64,000 nucleotides of DNA from Eledone cirrhosa (lineage: Eukaryota), in NCBI GenBank assembly GCA_964016885.1, contig OZ024740.1:103540001-103604000 (forward strand), in the 5' to 3' direction. How positions within the stretch are numbered: the stretch's first letter is position 1; each line of letters starts with the position of its first letter. The notes beneath the pieces are model-generated. The model made no database searches and was not told the DNA's origin. It saw nothing but the letters and a program-made list of their open reading frames with translations. Both the position numbers and the translations under genes were made by a program. This document shows, piece by piece, positions 45,668-59,872 of the stretch.

Positions 45668-45757
45668 CTCATTTCCCTTAGGTTCTTCACAAACCTATTA
45701 CATTTCACAGCCGTAAAGTCTATTTCCTCTTCAGTTGTGAAACGACCAATACCAAAC
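45668..45757 (-). CDS. NFS1: NFS1 exon (FGIGRFTTEEEIDFTAVKCNRFVKNLREM)
   Basis: AAG acceptor, 90 bp, GTAAGA donor; RFGIGRFTTEEE motif. Confidence 0.95.
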
Positions 45758-45825
45758 CTTAAAAAAGCAGAAAAATAGAATAAACATCAACAATCATCTA
45801 CTAAGTAATTGTTTCTACTTTTTGG

Positions 45826-45987
45826 CACAAGGCCAGAAATTACCCCAGTGCATTACTGGTGCTTTATTTTATCGACCCCATAAGGATGAAAGGCAAAGTT
45901 AACCTCGGCGGGATTTGAACTCAGATCGTAAAGGGTCGTAACTCTATGCTGCAAAGCATAGCGTCCGACCTTCTACCGAAACTGCCA
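45826..45987 (-). mobile_element. MetaSINE-type SINE
   Basis: Same family as 2807-2986. Confidence 0.85.
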
Positions 45988-46733
45988 TCCACACTAATGA
46001 TTACACAGCAAACTTTTAATAACTTAGCCATGCTTGTGCTATATATCATCATATAACTGCTTTTTAGTGCTGGTATAGGTTGGACAGGCTGTCACTTATC
46101 ACAGTCCATGATGACATCATGTACACACCAACATGGAGAAAACTGGCCAATTTTGTTGTTCTTCCCTGTTAGAGGATTAACTATTTTTTCTAACCTGTAT
46201 CAATTCTTATGCAGTCTGACATCCACTTTTCCATGGGTCTCAGAATGTCTCATCACATGACACAGTCCAATGCAATAGATGCAAATAAGTAATGAAGTCC
46301 TTCATCTATTGACAACAAAAACCTTATTTCTCTGAGTAGAAATGCAACCATATGGTCGTGAGACATGGGTAAACACACCCAAACACACACATATATATAT
46401 ATGTGGTGTGTTGTATGTATATATATGCATGTGTTCTTCTGGTTTTATAATTTCACAAATTTTTAACAATAGAGAGAAAGAGTCCATTTCTAACATCGAT
46501 ACAAGACTCTTGTGTGTATGTATCTATGTAAATATACGATCTGATCTGGTCTCTGCCCTTCCATATAGCTGAGGGTTGGGGACCATGGATAATTTCCCCA
46601 ATACTCCTATATGATGCTGTGTGTTCATGATTCTTATCAGGAAAAAAATGACATCAGTGGGTCCCGAATCCTCATCTGACCATGTAAATACACACACACA
46701 CACACGCATATATATATACACACCACATATTTA

Positions 46734-46769
<36 letters not shown>

Positions 46770-46849
46770 CACATATACTGATTTGAGTAAAGCAATAAGA
46801 TATCAGTTTAGGGGTTGAGAGAGAGAATAAAGACTAAATTTATACATAC

Positions 46850-46933
46850 CGTATGGATGAATGTGCTAAATCTTCTTCTGATCCAATGGCACGTAGTACA
46901 TAAGAAGGTTCAAGAGACGCTGAGGTACAGGCA
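46850..46933 (-). CDS. NFS1: NFS1 exon with the catalytic Cys ([29 protein letters not shown])
   Basis: CAG acceptor, 84 bp, GTATGT donor; the SSGSACTS motif is completed across the intron. Confidence 0.96.
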
Positions 46934-47517
46934 CTGGGAATGAATAAATTAGACAGTATTTAATATCCTGGTGGCTATAGCTCTAATTTCATTTCTGCTT
47001 TACTTATCAAACCAGTTTCACATACACACATACATATGCCACAATAAGCACCCAGTTCACCCTGCAAGGTAATAATGTTAGTACCTTGATAAAAAGTACC
47101 CAGTCCATCCTATTAAATGGTAGTGCTAGCAACACATGCATCTAGTGAACACTGTAAAGTGGTTGATGTTAGGAAGGGTCTCCAGTAATAGAAATCATAC
47201 GAAAAATGAAATGTATGAGCTAAACCTCAGAACGTGATGACCCTTCTAATCCATGCAAGTATGGAAAATAAATGTTGAATGGTCATCAGGGCTGGGTCTG
47301 AATGACTGCATTAGAGTAAACTCTACTAAAAGAACACCATAACCATATGATGGTGTTAAATCATGTGGTGTGTAAGTTCTATCTGTTGAAGCTAGTAGGA
47401 GAATAGGACAATGACTGGCTCCACATTTAATTATGTCACCCAATGAAACAAAATATGAATACATCGCCTCCTTGATAATGAATATTAATATATTAGGAAG
47501 TAATAAAACCTACTTAC

Positions 47518-47599
47518 CTGCCAGAAGATAAAGCTATGTCTTTAAGAGCCATCAACAAACTCTCTCCTTCAACAAAAGCAAATGATAAGTTCACACAAC
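47518..47599 (-). CDS. NFS1: NFS1 exon ([27 protein letters not shown])
   Basis: TAG acceptor, 82 bp, GTAAGT donor; [10 protein letters not shown] motif. Confidence 0.96.
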
Positions 47600-48026
47600 C
47601 TACAACAAAAAAAAAAAAACGTTACATTTTTGTATTTCAAACAACAAGCACTTTATGGCTTCATGCACATTGTGGGTTTTTCTGAAGCAACATTTTATGA
47701 CCAGATATCCTTCCTTTTACAAGTCATCATCATCTTCGTTTAATGTCCATTTTCCACGCTAGCAAACACCTCCAACATAATTTAATATAAGAATCCTATT
47801 TTAACCCATGCTAGCATGGAAGATAGATGTTAAACGATGATGATGATGATGATGATGATTACAAATACCACCAAAATAATAATGAAACAATAATTTTAGC
47901 AAATTCTTCCAATTAATACAAATAGAGTATATTTCATTAAAAAAATTTGGTAATGAAAGGGTTAGTTGTCTCTTACAATACACAAGGATAAGATGTACCT
48001 ATTCTAAATTGGATACATACATAACA

Positions 48027-48489
48027 GAGACGTGCAACCAAGCGCATACCCTCCATCAGACACCTACCATACTCTGAACGCCTTGCTTCCCTGGGCATGG
48101 ATTCATTGAAGCTCCGACATCTGGCAATGGACCCACAAAGTTATTAACCATCTCGCCAACAACAACCCTGAGCACCTTTTTGATCTCCATGTGTCTAACA
48201 CACATGGACATGCCTACAAAGTCAGAAAACAGCACAGCTCCCATGACTTTTGGAAACATTTTTTCACGCTAAGAGTTGCTGAAGCATGGAACAAACTGCA
48301 TCCTTTAAAACCCTCATGCTTCCTGACATTCGCCAAAACTACACCTGATGTCCCCCTTCCATACACATGCACATGTGTATATCATGACTCATGCACTGTT
48401 CATTTTCCTGACCTTTGTACATTACCCTATGTACTATACATACACTTTTGATGAGTTGTAGTGCACCTGAGCACTGTACACAATATTTT
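48027..48489 (+). mobile_element. CR1-clade LINE 3' fragment
   Basis: Matches about 44474-44980 with small deletions. Confidence 0.88.
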
Positions 48490-48668
48490 GCAGTATCAGT
48501 AGAGGGTCGGACGCCATGCTTTCCAGCATAGTTACGTCCCTTTACGATCTGAGTTCAAATCCTGCCGAGGTTGACTTTGCCTTTCATCCTTACGGGGTCG
48601 ATAAAATAAAGTACCAGTAATGCACTGGGTAATTGCTGGCCTTGTGTCTAAAGTAGAAACAATTATTA
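48490..48668 (+). mobile_element. MetaSINE-type SINE
   Basis: Same family; B-box GAGTTCAAATCC. Confidence 0.85.
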
Positions 48669-49038
48669 TAGATACAGTATATATATATATATATCCGAAT
48701 AGGTATATATATATATATGTACTTCATATGTATTTGTGTTGATATCAATTTATGTACATTGAGTAGATATTTATGTATTCACTTTATGTTTTGTAAGAAT
48801 GAATATAAATTTACACACAGTCCTAACATTGTTTCATAAGCAGTAAGGATTGTTGACATCGATAAATACCTGTGTGAATTCAGGATACAGATAGAAACAC
48901 ATACCTACACACATATATATATATATATATCATCATCATCGTTTAACGTCCATCTTCCACGCTAGCATATATTTATATTATATCATCATTTAATGTCTAT
49001 CTTCCATGCTAGCATATATATATATATATATAAATTCA

Positions 49039-49089
<51 letters not shown>

Positions 49090-49256
49090 ATTTCGTAAAA
49101 ACATTTATATCCAAAGTTAGCAGGGCACTTAGTTTGAGAGACTAGTTGTAATATACAAAATTAGGTTAAATTCACATCACTTTTATCAAATATTTCATGA
49201 CTTCCTAAGGGTTGTATTTTGAAGGAGATAACTGGTAATTTCATGTATGTCTAATC

Positions 49257-50460
49257 ATCCTCATGGGTGGATGTTGTTTACCTTGACTTTGCGAAGGCCT
49301 TCAATTCTGTGCCACACAAAAGGCTTATGGCAAAACTCTCTGCAATGGGTGTGAAGGATGATCTTTTTAACTGGTTGAAGTCCTTCATTCTCAGTCGAAG
49401 AGAGGTAGTCACGGTTCTGGGACAGCATTCCTCACCATATGAGATGTCATCTGGTGTACCACAGGGATCTGTTCTTGGCCCCCTTTTGTTTGTGGCATAT
49501 ATTAATGACATAGATGCCAACTTAAGGAATGGCACAGTACTAAAGTACGCAGACGACATCAAGCTGTACCTTGAGATAAAAAGGACAGATCTTGAACACT
49601 ATAGATCTTGCTTGCAGTCTGACCTGGACACAATGCAACAATGGATCGCTGACTGGCAACTCAAGCTAGCTGTGGACAAGTGCACCACCATGCATTTTGG
49701 GAGTAAAAACCCAGCGTCCACATACTCCCTCCACAGCACTAATATCAAGAAGTCTTCCTGTGAACGTGACCCGGGCATTACGGTCAGCAGCGATTTGCGT
49801 TGGACGAGGCACGTCTCTAAAATTGTCAAGAGGGCCGAGGGTGTCTTAGCATCACTCAGCAAGACCTTTGTCAGCCGCTCTCCAGATATCTATTTAAGGC
49901 TGTATACAGCTATGGTGCGACCACACTTAGAATTTGCATAACCAGTCTGGAACCCCTATCTTGCTCAGGACATTGACCACCTGGAAACTGTTCAGAGACG
50001 TGCAACCAAGCGAATACCCTCCATCAGGCATCTACCATACTCTGAGCGCCTTGCTTCCCTGGGCATGGATTCATTAAAGTTCCGACGCATGGCAACTGAC
50101 TTGGTAAACACCCACAAAATTGTTAACCATGTTGCCAACAACAACCCTGAGTACCTTTTTGATTTCCATGTGTCTAACACACGTGGACATGCCCACAGAG
50201 TAAGAAAACAGCACAGTTCCCATGACTTTCGGAAACATTTTTTCACGCTCAGAGTTGCTGAAGCATGGAACAAACTACCTGCATCAGTTGTTAGCTGTCG
50301 AGACACTGCATCCTTTAAGGCCTCCATACTTCCCGAGATCCGCCAACACTACAGCTAACACATACACACATGTACTTCCCTGACATTTGTGTATTATTCT
50401 ATGTACTATATTGACGAGTTGTAGTGCACCTGAGCACTTTACACAATAATTTCATTATAT
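49257..50460 (+). mobile_element. CR1-clade LINE 3' part with a premature stop at 49939-49941
   Basis: Close paralogue of 43741-44990; YLDFAKAF, YADD. Confidence 0.92.
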
Positions 50461-50699
50461 TATATATGTCATCATTTTACGTCTGCTTTTCCCTGTATTC
50501 TTACTTTGGGGACAAACCTCGTATATATATAAAACCAGGTTAAATTTACATTTTCATCTGTTGAATACATGCATTTTGTTAGGGAATTATTATTTTTGCA
50601 ACTTGTCAGTCCAATATCTTTGAAATGGGTGCTCCAGCACCCATTTCAAAGATATCAGACTGATGAACTGCGGAAATAATAATTCCCCAACAAAATCAA

Positions 50700-51161
50700 C
50701 CATTTCAACAGATGAAAATGTGAATCTAACCTGGCTTTGTATATTCAAGGTTTGACTCAAAGAGTCCTGATGTTTTGCTATCACTGCTTGCACCACTTCC
50801 ACATTTCATTTGTTGTCGAGATTGGCCTTCCAGAATGAGGTTCGTTTTCAACATTTTCTTGGCCCTCCTTGAAAGCTTTGGCCATTTAATAACCTTACTT
50901 CTCGATGGAGTGGCATCTCCATAAGCTTGTGTTGAAGAATTAAATATTTCAGTGACAGATTTGTTGAGTTTCACACAAAATTTGATTGCATACCATAGTT
51001 TGATATTTTCCTGCATCACAAATGTAACAGAGGTTATAAACAGCAATACCTCACACCTGACTCAATTGATCATGTGAAACAATTAAGCAGCCAAGGTCAT
51101 GCCTATATACCATGTTATACATAGGAAAACCAGTGACCTTACTTTTGGAACAAACCTCATA
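50700..51161 (-). mobile_element. Mariner 5' fragment with TIR
   Basis: YAIKFCVKLNKS...AYGD HTH; TIR-like GAGGTTTGTTCCAAAAGTAAG next to TA. Confidence 0.7.
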
Positions 51162-51365
51162 TATATATATATATATATAAATATATGTCATGACTAAAAG
51201 CATCCAGCGCACACTGTAAATGTGGTTGGTGTTAGGAAGGGTATCCAGCCAGAAAGTCCTATATGAGCAAGATATGGTCACCTGACCCAACTTGCCTCTA
51301 ACCCATGCTAGCATGGAAAAGGGACGTTAAACGATGATGGTAATGATACATATACATATATGTGT

Positions 51366-51423
<58 letters not shown>

Positions 51424-51555
51424 TGGAAGGTAATACCTGTAGTAGTAGAGCACTCAGTCCATGGGACGAGTTTAGTAGAAGTAGTAACACAACAGTTATT
51501 TCACCATACCGAGAACAATTGTTTCACCTTATGCGGATAACTGTTGTGTTAGTAC

Positions 51556-51615
<60 letters not shown>

Positions 51616-51868
51616 TCATTTGAAGATTAGAACAATCTTTGCTAAAGCCAATACAAGTCCCCATCATATGTTTAGCCACAACACTCCTTGCTGATATGGA
51701 AGAAAAAACAGAAATAAAGCAGTAAGAGTAAGATAAAAATTAAATAAATTATAAACCACACATCACTGAAATGCCTTGTCCTCGATTGAAATATATCTGG
51801 TTCTGCTCTCATTACTCATATTTGATAGAGAAGAAGGGAAGGAATATGAAAGTATATGACAAACTTAC

Positions 51869-51974
51869 CAGGATAAGATGATTCTGGGTCACCATTCCTA
51901 ACCACATGACTTGTTTCTGATGAAATCTTTTCTATTAGCCGCTTGGACAGCATGGAGATTCTCTTGTAGTCATA
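51869..51974 (-). CDS. NFS1: NFS1 exon (YDYKRISMLSKRLIEKISSETSHVVRNGDPESSYP)
   Basis: TAG acceptor, 106 bp, GTAAGT donor; resembles human YDHKRISKLSERL...NGDP...YPG. Confidence 0.94.
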
Positions 51975-52113
51975 CTAAAGACAAAAGTAAATACTTATTA
52001 ATAACAGTGTAGCTTTCAAAACAAATGATATTGAAAAGGTATTGGATCAGCTTTTTAAAAGTTAAATGATCAAATATACAGCAAATGTGTTATTTGAATA
52101 TTTTTATTCAGCG

Positions 52114-52440
52114 AGTGAAGGCGTGTGGCCTTGTGGTTAAGGTATTCGGTTCACAATCGTAGGGTCGTGAGTTTGATTCCTGGTGGCCTGTTGTGTCCTT
52201 GAGCAAGACACTTTATTTCATGTTGGTCTAATCCACTCAGCTGGCAAAAATGAGTTGTACCTGTAATTCGAAGGGCCAACCTTGTCATGTTCGGTGTTAC
52301 GCTGAATCTGCCAGAGAACTACATTAAGGGTACGCGTGTCTGTGGAATGCTCAGCCACTTGCACATTAATTTCACAAGCAGGCTGTTCCATTGATCAGAT
52401 CAATTGGAACACCTGTCGTCACAACCGACGGAATAACACT
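52114..52440 (+). mobile_element. tRNA-derived SINE (second family)
   Basis: A-box GTGGCCTTGTGG, B-box GAGTTTGATTCC, TGTGTCCTTGAGCAAGACAC core; related pieces at ~60200-60480 and ~62392-62510. Confidence 0.7.
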
Positions 52441-52689
52441 TATTACTCAGAGAGATTAAATATATTCAAATGGCTGCAAGCCTGACCTTGTGGTTAAGGT
52501 GTTCACTTTGAAACTAAATGGTTCCAGGTTTGAATCTCCCAGCATAGCACCTTGGGCAAGTTTTTTCTAATATAACCTCAGGTTGACCAATACCTTGTGA
52601 GTGAAATTTGGTACACAAAAACTGTACGGAAGCTCACAGGCCACAAATACTGGGCGAAGTAAGGAAAGTTCTTTTCTTTGCCCACTTAT

Positions 52690-55367
52690 CCCTGAGAGGG
52701 TCATGGGGGCAGAGTCCTCAAACACCCCTTCCAATGGGTCCTGTCAGAAGCAACCGTCTCCAACTGATCCAGCTGGATCCTCAAGCGTGACCAGCCAAGC
52801 TCATGGATGTTATCCAACCATCTTGCTCGGGGTCTACCCCTGGATTTCCAGCCAGTTGGTTTTGCCCATAAAATCTGTCCAGTAATTCTTTCCTGAGACA
52901 TTCTAACGACATGCCCATAGTATTGGAGCTGTGATCTCTCAATTCGGAGTAGCGGCTCTACCTCGAGTGACTCTCTCATCTTCGAGCTACACACTTTATT
53001 GAGTAACGTTACTCCAAACACCCTCCGGAGGAATCCCATTTCGGTTGCTTTTATTCGCGATTGTATTCTTTCAGTCATGACCATAGGTAAGGGTTGGCAC
53101 GATAACCAAATTGAAGATAGCAAGTTTGGCTTTTACACCTACTTCCCTTCTTCTGATTACTGAATGCTGAAGCTAGTGCATTACTGCACCAACTTTTTCA
53201 ATTCTAGCACTTAATTCAGCCTCCTGCTTTCCATCACTCATGAACATGGCCCCAAGATACTTGAACTTCTCTACCTATTTCAGTAGAACTCCATCCACAT
53301 GTAACGTGCACTGCGCAGGCTTCTTTGAGAGGATGAGTGTCTCAGTTTTTGCAGCAGTGATTTTCATTCCAGCACTCGGCATCAAACCTATCAACTGCAA
53401 GTTGATTATCTTCTGTCGAGTTGAGTAACACCATGTCATCTGCAAATTCCAGCCGACTAATGTTATACCCACCACTTAAAATCCGGCTGCACATGTCAAT
53501 CCTGTTTATGTAAATAATGAACAGGAGAGACTCCCACATTGGGTGGTTTCGATTTACCACCATTTATCCAAACAAATACTCAGGCATTCGAATAGAGACA
53601 TGAGAGCAGCAAGAAGCCTACCATCAATCCCATACTCCTGTACAGCCTTCCACAGCAGGTCCCCAAGAAACGCGGTCATATGCCTTCTCAAGGTCGACAA
53701 AACAAAAATATACCTCTTGGCAATACTCCCACGATTTCTCGAATACATGCCGCAGTGTAAATATTTGGTTGGCTGTGCTGCATCCGGGGCGAAAACTACA
53801 CCATTCATCAGTTAGCTTGGACTCAACAATCTCCCTGCATCTCTTTGCCAGACATTTGGTTTAGACTTTACTGAGGAGGCTTAACAAGGAGATCCCTCTG
53901 TAATTGGAACAATCTCTCTTGTCTTCCTTTTTTAAAATTAGGATTATCTCTCCCGATTGCCATTGCTTAGGTGGCCTTCCAGAGATCCAGGCCACCCAGC
54001 AGACATGAGTCAGCCAGAGAATACCTTTTCTATTTAAGGCTTTTAACATCTCAGGCCAGATTTCATCTTCCCCAGTGGCTATGCCACATTTGAGCTCTTT
54101 AACTACTCTTGCAACCTCAGCCTCTGAGAGATTAGTCATTGCTCCCAGATGCACTTCATGTACATCTGAAGATGTTGTGACCGGGTTTAGGAGACCAGTA
54201 AAGTATTCTCTCTACCTTGCAAGGATGCACCTCTCTGAAGAGAGGAGAACCCCAGACGCGTTCTTGATAGCAAGTGTGGAGGAGGACTTCTTATTACAAA
54301 GTCAGTGGATGGTCTGCAAGAACACTTTATTTGCTGATCTGAAGTTAGATTGCAGCTTAACCCCAAAGTTCTCCCATGTCTTAACTTTGGACTCTTTTAC
54401 TGTCTCTGCTGTAATTCTTTGTGCCTGCTTGTACTGCACTTGCAAGAAGGAGGACTTATTTCCAAGCTAAGCTTTGTAAGCCTCCTTCTTTGGTCAGATG
54501 GTATTTTTGACCTCTCGATTGAACCAAGGAGTTTTCCTGCAACTATTGCGTGAAGCATTTAACAGGTGTAGCACATTTCCAAGCTGCTTTTGCCTGCAGC
54601 ATTTAACAGGTGTGGTACCAGAAATGATTGTACAGGCAGGAGTGGGGATATTCACAAGCCTCTGGCTGTCAGAATGTGTTATCAACTGAATTCCGTTAGG
54701 AGGGAGGATTTGCCTCTTGAAGCTTTGGCTGAAAGATCGGTCTCTGTGGGTGGTGCAAGTTTATGCACCAAACTAGGAGTCCAAATACAGGTCCTTCCTT
54801 GATGAAGTCACTGCAACGTTATATGTGGTTAAGACTGAGTCATATATCCTGATGGGAGACTTCAATGCACATGTTGGCACTGACCACCTGACATGGAAAG
54901 GAATGATTGGAAGTAATGGCGACCCCGATCTAAATACAAGTGGAGAGGCCTTGCTGGACTTCTGTTCTACCAATGAACTCTCTATTATGAACACCTTCTT
55001 TTAGCACAGAGACATCCATTAATATACATGGTATAAGGGGAATCAGGGACAGAAATCAATAATTGATTTTGTAATGGTCTCTGATCTTTTTGATTCTGTG
55101 CTAGATGTTCATGTTAAGAGAGGGGCTGAGCTGTCAACTGATCACCATCTAGTTATCTGCAACTTGACACTACCTAAAGCCAAAGAAGCCCACAAAACTG
55201 GTAGGTCCAGGGCCACCTACAGGATAAAGTGGGAAGCATTGGTGGATAAGGAAGTCAGGACCAGGTATGCAGATACTATTGCATCCAAATTCAGAGAACT
55301 CCCTAAGCAAGCTGAGGATGTTGAGACAGAGTAGAGATGGTTCAGCTCAGCATTTTCTGCCTCAGTA
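52690..55367 (-). mobile_element. Degenerate RTE-clade LINE whose APE segment (54774-55367) is inverted
   Basis: Minus strand: PEMLKAL, NYRGISLLS, EFADD, GRPR..W. Plus strand: MGDFNAHVG, IIDF, STDHHLV. Confidence 0.8.
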
Positions 55368-55565
55368 AGGAAAGTGATTAAGAAAACAAGGGCCAAATGG
55401 AATACATTATCTATTGTACAAGAAATGTCCCAGAGTCGCTGAGTGGCCCCACAAAATGATAAGGTTAGCATGGAAGAACTTGAAGACCAGTGATTAATGA
55501 ATGAAAGCTGAAGGTGTATACATTCTGAAAGAACAGAACTCAAGCAACATCAACCAATATATATA

Positions 55566-58136
55566 TGTAGTGAAATCTATCCGCGCCTTGAACCTTGAGT
55601 GACAGCTAAATTCTAGGTCAACACCCTTTTGGTGTGATCAAGTTCATGCGTGGGCAACCCTCAGGTTGGGGGACAGGAAGTGACAGCTATATATAGAGCC
55701 TGTATCAAGCTATTTTAGCCAGATACATCGGAGCATTACACCTATAACAAACTATGTAAGGATTCACTAGACCCCAGTGGTCTACAGCCAGAGAACAATT
55801 ATGGAGCATTACGTTAGCAACTAACCTTGTAAGGACTCACCACTGTCAACAGACCCCATGAGGTCTACAGATACACACAGAGAGATTTGAGACCTACTAC
55901 TACACACCATGTACAAGCCACAGTGGTCTACAACCAATTACAGGCCATTCAGAGGTATACAAACCATTACTCTCTCTTACTATGGTCTCAGAATTACTAC
56001 CACGGACTCCAAATAACAACAACATTATCTGTTTGCTCGCTGTTTTCACATCAAAAACATTGTCAACCTTAACAACTCTTGGTAACTGTTTTTATGTACT
56101 TTTTAATTGATTCACGTGAAGTAAACCATCATCATCATCATCATCATTGTTTAACGTCCATATTCCACGCTATATAACCAAATCATTTATTCATTATATT
56201 CTCGTTATTACATTTATTCTTATTATTCATGTTATTTCCTCTAACAACTTTGTTATAATCATATCTAAATAACCACATATAACCATCTAATTAGTTACTT
56301 ATACCATCGTTAAATTGGTAAACCCCGACGTGATTTAAAAAAAACAAACAAAAAAAACGAAGTGGTATTTAAAAAAAAAAATTAAAATAACACTCAGCCT
56401 ATTTGATCTTATCATGGCTTTATTTGCCAACCTCAGCAATGTACAGTTACGAAACACTTCACCACTTGCTTTGTAATCTCCAACAACAATAAACAATACT
56501 ACTAGCTTCCTAGCAAGAAAACATTCACATAAAGAAGAGAAAACAGAACTTTTTGTAAAGAACAATTAAATAAATATTTTTTTAAACATTTTTTTACAGG
56601 TTGTATATGAATGTCATTTTAAATTTTTTTTATTCGTTTTACTGCATTGTATGCCTGTATTAATAACACGTTTTACATCAAACACATCATTTTCCTTGTC
56701 ACACACCAACATGTTTTTGTCTGTGGTATATTCTGGATTCGGTTGGGTCTCTGTGGGATCACTTTTCGACTGGTCAAGGTACACCGAAAGCTATGAAACA
56801 CATGATGATCAGCCCACGGTTACTTTTAGCTCGACTCACTGAGCACGCAACTCAAAATTGCACACACTCATGTCATAGCATAAACCTCGACTCACGGGAA
56901 GAGAATCTTACGTATGATAATACATCAAGATTCAACTGGTCAAGGTTCGACAATAGCTATTTAACACATGATAATCAAACCACAGTTACTAATTGCTCGA
57001 CTCACTGAGCACACACTCATGTCATAGCATACATCTCGACTCACTGAAGAGAATCTTACGTATGATGATACATCGAGAGAAATAGTCCTCTGTGTTGTCA
57101 TATCGTAATCCAATACCGTAACCCATCCATCCATACACAACAACAGTTCGAAATACATGATCACAACTTTGTATTTTTACAGTTTCTTCTTCTAAATGTT
57201 ACACACACACATGCATACAGTTATACTTTATTTTTTTTCTTTCTCTCTCCAAATTTCTTTACACTCGAAGTGCGGGCGCAGTACCCACATTTTGTGTGTT
57301 TTGGGACACGCTTCTAGGAATCAGATTTCACTACCCCCTTTATAATCGATCGCTGCTCCAGCATCGATTTGGGTAGGGAACTAATGTAGCGAAATCTATC
57401 CGTGCCTTGAACCTTGAGTCACACCTAAAGATCAAATTCTAGGTCACCACTCTTTTGGTGTGATCAAGTTCATGCGTGGGCAATCATCAGGTTGGGAGAC
57501 AGGAAGTGACAGTTATATATAGAGCCTGTATCAAGCTATTTTAGCCAGATACATCGGAGCATTACACCTATAACAAACTATGTAAGGATTCACTAGACCC
57601 CAGTGGTCTACAGCCAGAGAACAATTATGGAGCATTACGTTAGCAACTAACCTTGTAAGGACTCACCACTGTCAACAGACCCCATGAGGTCTACAGATAC
57701 ACACAGAGAGATTTGAGACCTACTACTACACACCATGTACAAGCCACAGTGGTCTACAACCAATTACAGGCCATTCAGAGGTATACAAACCATTACTCTC
57801 TCTTACTATGGTCTCAGAATTACTACCACGGACTCCAAATAACAACAACATTATCTGTTTGCTCGCTGTTTTCACATCAAAAACATTGTCAACCTTAACA
57901 ACTCTTGGTAACTGTTTTTATGTACTTTTTAATTGATTCACGTGAAGTAAGCCATCATCATCATCATCATCATCGTTTAACGTCCATATTCCACGCTATA
58001 TAACCAAATCATTTATTCTTTATATTCTCGTTATTACACCTATTCTTATTATACTTGTTATTTCAACTATTATTCAATAACCACATCTAACAATTATGTT
58101 CAATCATTCTAAATAATTTCTACTTATACCCTTCGT

Positions 58137-58140
<4 letters not shown>
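55566..58140 (+). mobile_element. Non-autonomous LTR element: LTRs 55566-56314 and 57385-58140, PBS 56316-56334, PPT 57371-57380
   Basis: ~750-bp direct repeats starting TGTAG; PBS TGGTAAACCCCGACGTGAT resembles the tRNA-Trp complement; no internal ORF; (TA)n flanks. Confidence 0.85.
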
Positions 58141-58174
<34 letters not shown>

Positions 58175-58573
58175 AGTGTGTGTCTTTTATACTGATGCTA
58201 CCTGCAGTTGCAACTCCTGTCAGAAGTGTCACTGTTTTTCCAGTGAAATCATCATCGCTTTTTACATCCATTTTTCCATGCTTGCATGAGTTGGCAGGAG
58301 GTGGTATTTAAATTCAGATTACACATACCTAGAACAGATACTGAAAATAATCCTGTCTGACAGTTTACCAAAGTCTTTAATCCACCACACATGGACTGCT
58401 ACTTTATTTATTAACCCTAAAAGAATGAAAGGTAAAGTTGACCTTCATGTGATTCGAATTGAGAGGGCAGAACCAGAACAGAGATTCGGACATTTAATCC
58501 AAATGCCTTCACAATTATACCAATTTTCTGCTTTTATATTTGAAAAACATAAAATATGAATTTTAAATCCAAC

Positions 58574-58731
58574 CTCATGTTCTTCTTCAGCAATCTGACA
58601 AGCTTTTCCCAAACCAACAGCCAATGGTGTTGGTACTGTACCACTTCGAATTCCTCTCTCCTGACCGCCACCACTTTGAGGTGCATCAATCCTTACTCTG
58701 GGACGACGTCTCACATACAGAGCACCAATAC
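58574..58731 (-). CDS. NFS1: NFS1 exon ([52 protein letters not shown])
   Basis: CAG acceptor, 158 bp, GT donor; GGGQERG.RSGT motif. Confidence 0.96.
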
Positions 58732-59577
58732 CTGAGATGAGAAATATAGATAGAATTTACAGATGGCATGAAGTTTAGTAGATGGTAGTTACAGTAATAT
58801 GAACATGTGATGGTAGGTGGTGGTGGTATAGACATGTGATGGTAGGGGATGGTAGGTAGAATAGAGGTAGAAGGTGGCAGTATGAATGTGAAGATGCGAG
58901 CTAGAATAAAAGTAGGTGATGGTTGTATGTATATATAGTGGTAGTGGATGGTAGCTACAGTAGAGGTAGGTGATGGTGTTAGAAAAGGCTGTGCACATGT
59001 GGTGGTAGGGGATGATAGCTAGAGTAATGGCTCATTTCGTCGGTGATCAACGGTCTTAAGACCTACTTTGATCATAAATGAGAAATACAGTGCGAGAGAG
59101 ACAGCGTGTGAAAGACAGATATATATCACCATAGTAACTAACTACATAACAAGTGACACTTTCCCACCGATACTCCAAGCTTGTTGCCAGCTTGCGTGTT
59201 CATTACTAGAGACACTGTTTGTGAACCGAGACATTTTATATTTGGAAAAATTGTTTGTGATGAGAGCCATTCATGAACTGAGGTTTCAATGTATTGTAAA
59301 CTTGTCTAACACATTAATTCTAGCAACAAATGCAAATATATTTAGGAATTGAACTTGTCTGGCAAGTAAGTTGACCAGAAACTGTGTGTTGAAACTAAAG
59401 CAATTACAAAGTGGAAGAGTCATTCTTAGCTCTTGAAAAACACAGAACTTTTAGACAGATTTATTTTTTCTTGAATGGCTAAAATGACTTTTCCACAATA
59501 TAACTGCTAAATGTAATTAATATAAGAAAGTGATGAAGATATATTTAATATGCAATAGAGAGAGAGGGTTGAGATTA

Positions 59578-59748
<171 letters not shown>

Positions 59749-59841
59749 TTAGGTGGTGGTATTAGTAGTGGTAGTGATGGTGCAGATGGCAGAGAGATAT
59801 AAAGGACAACACAAAAGTGGCTACAGAGAGAAAAGTTGTAC

Positions 59842-59872
<31 letters not shown>

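Noticed and set aside
50499-51161. Complete mariner bounded by TIRs at ~50500 and ~51140
   Set aside because: The two TIR-like sequences are in the same orientation, so they do not delimit one intact element
55887-57898. Duplicated identical 61-aa ORF as a small gene pair
   Set aside because: It starts at TTG and lies inside the two LTRs
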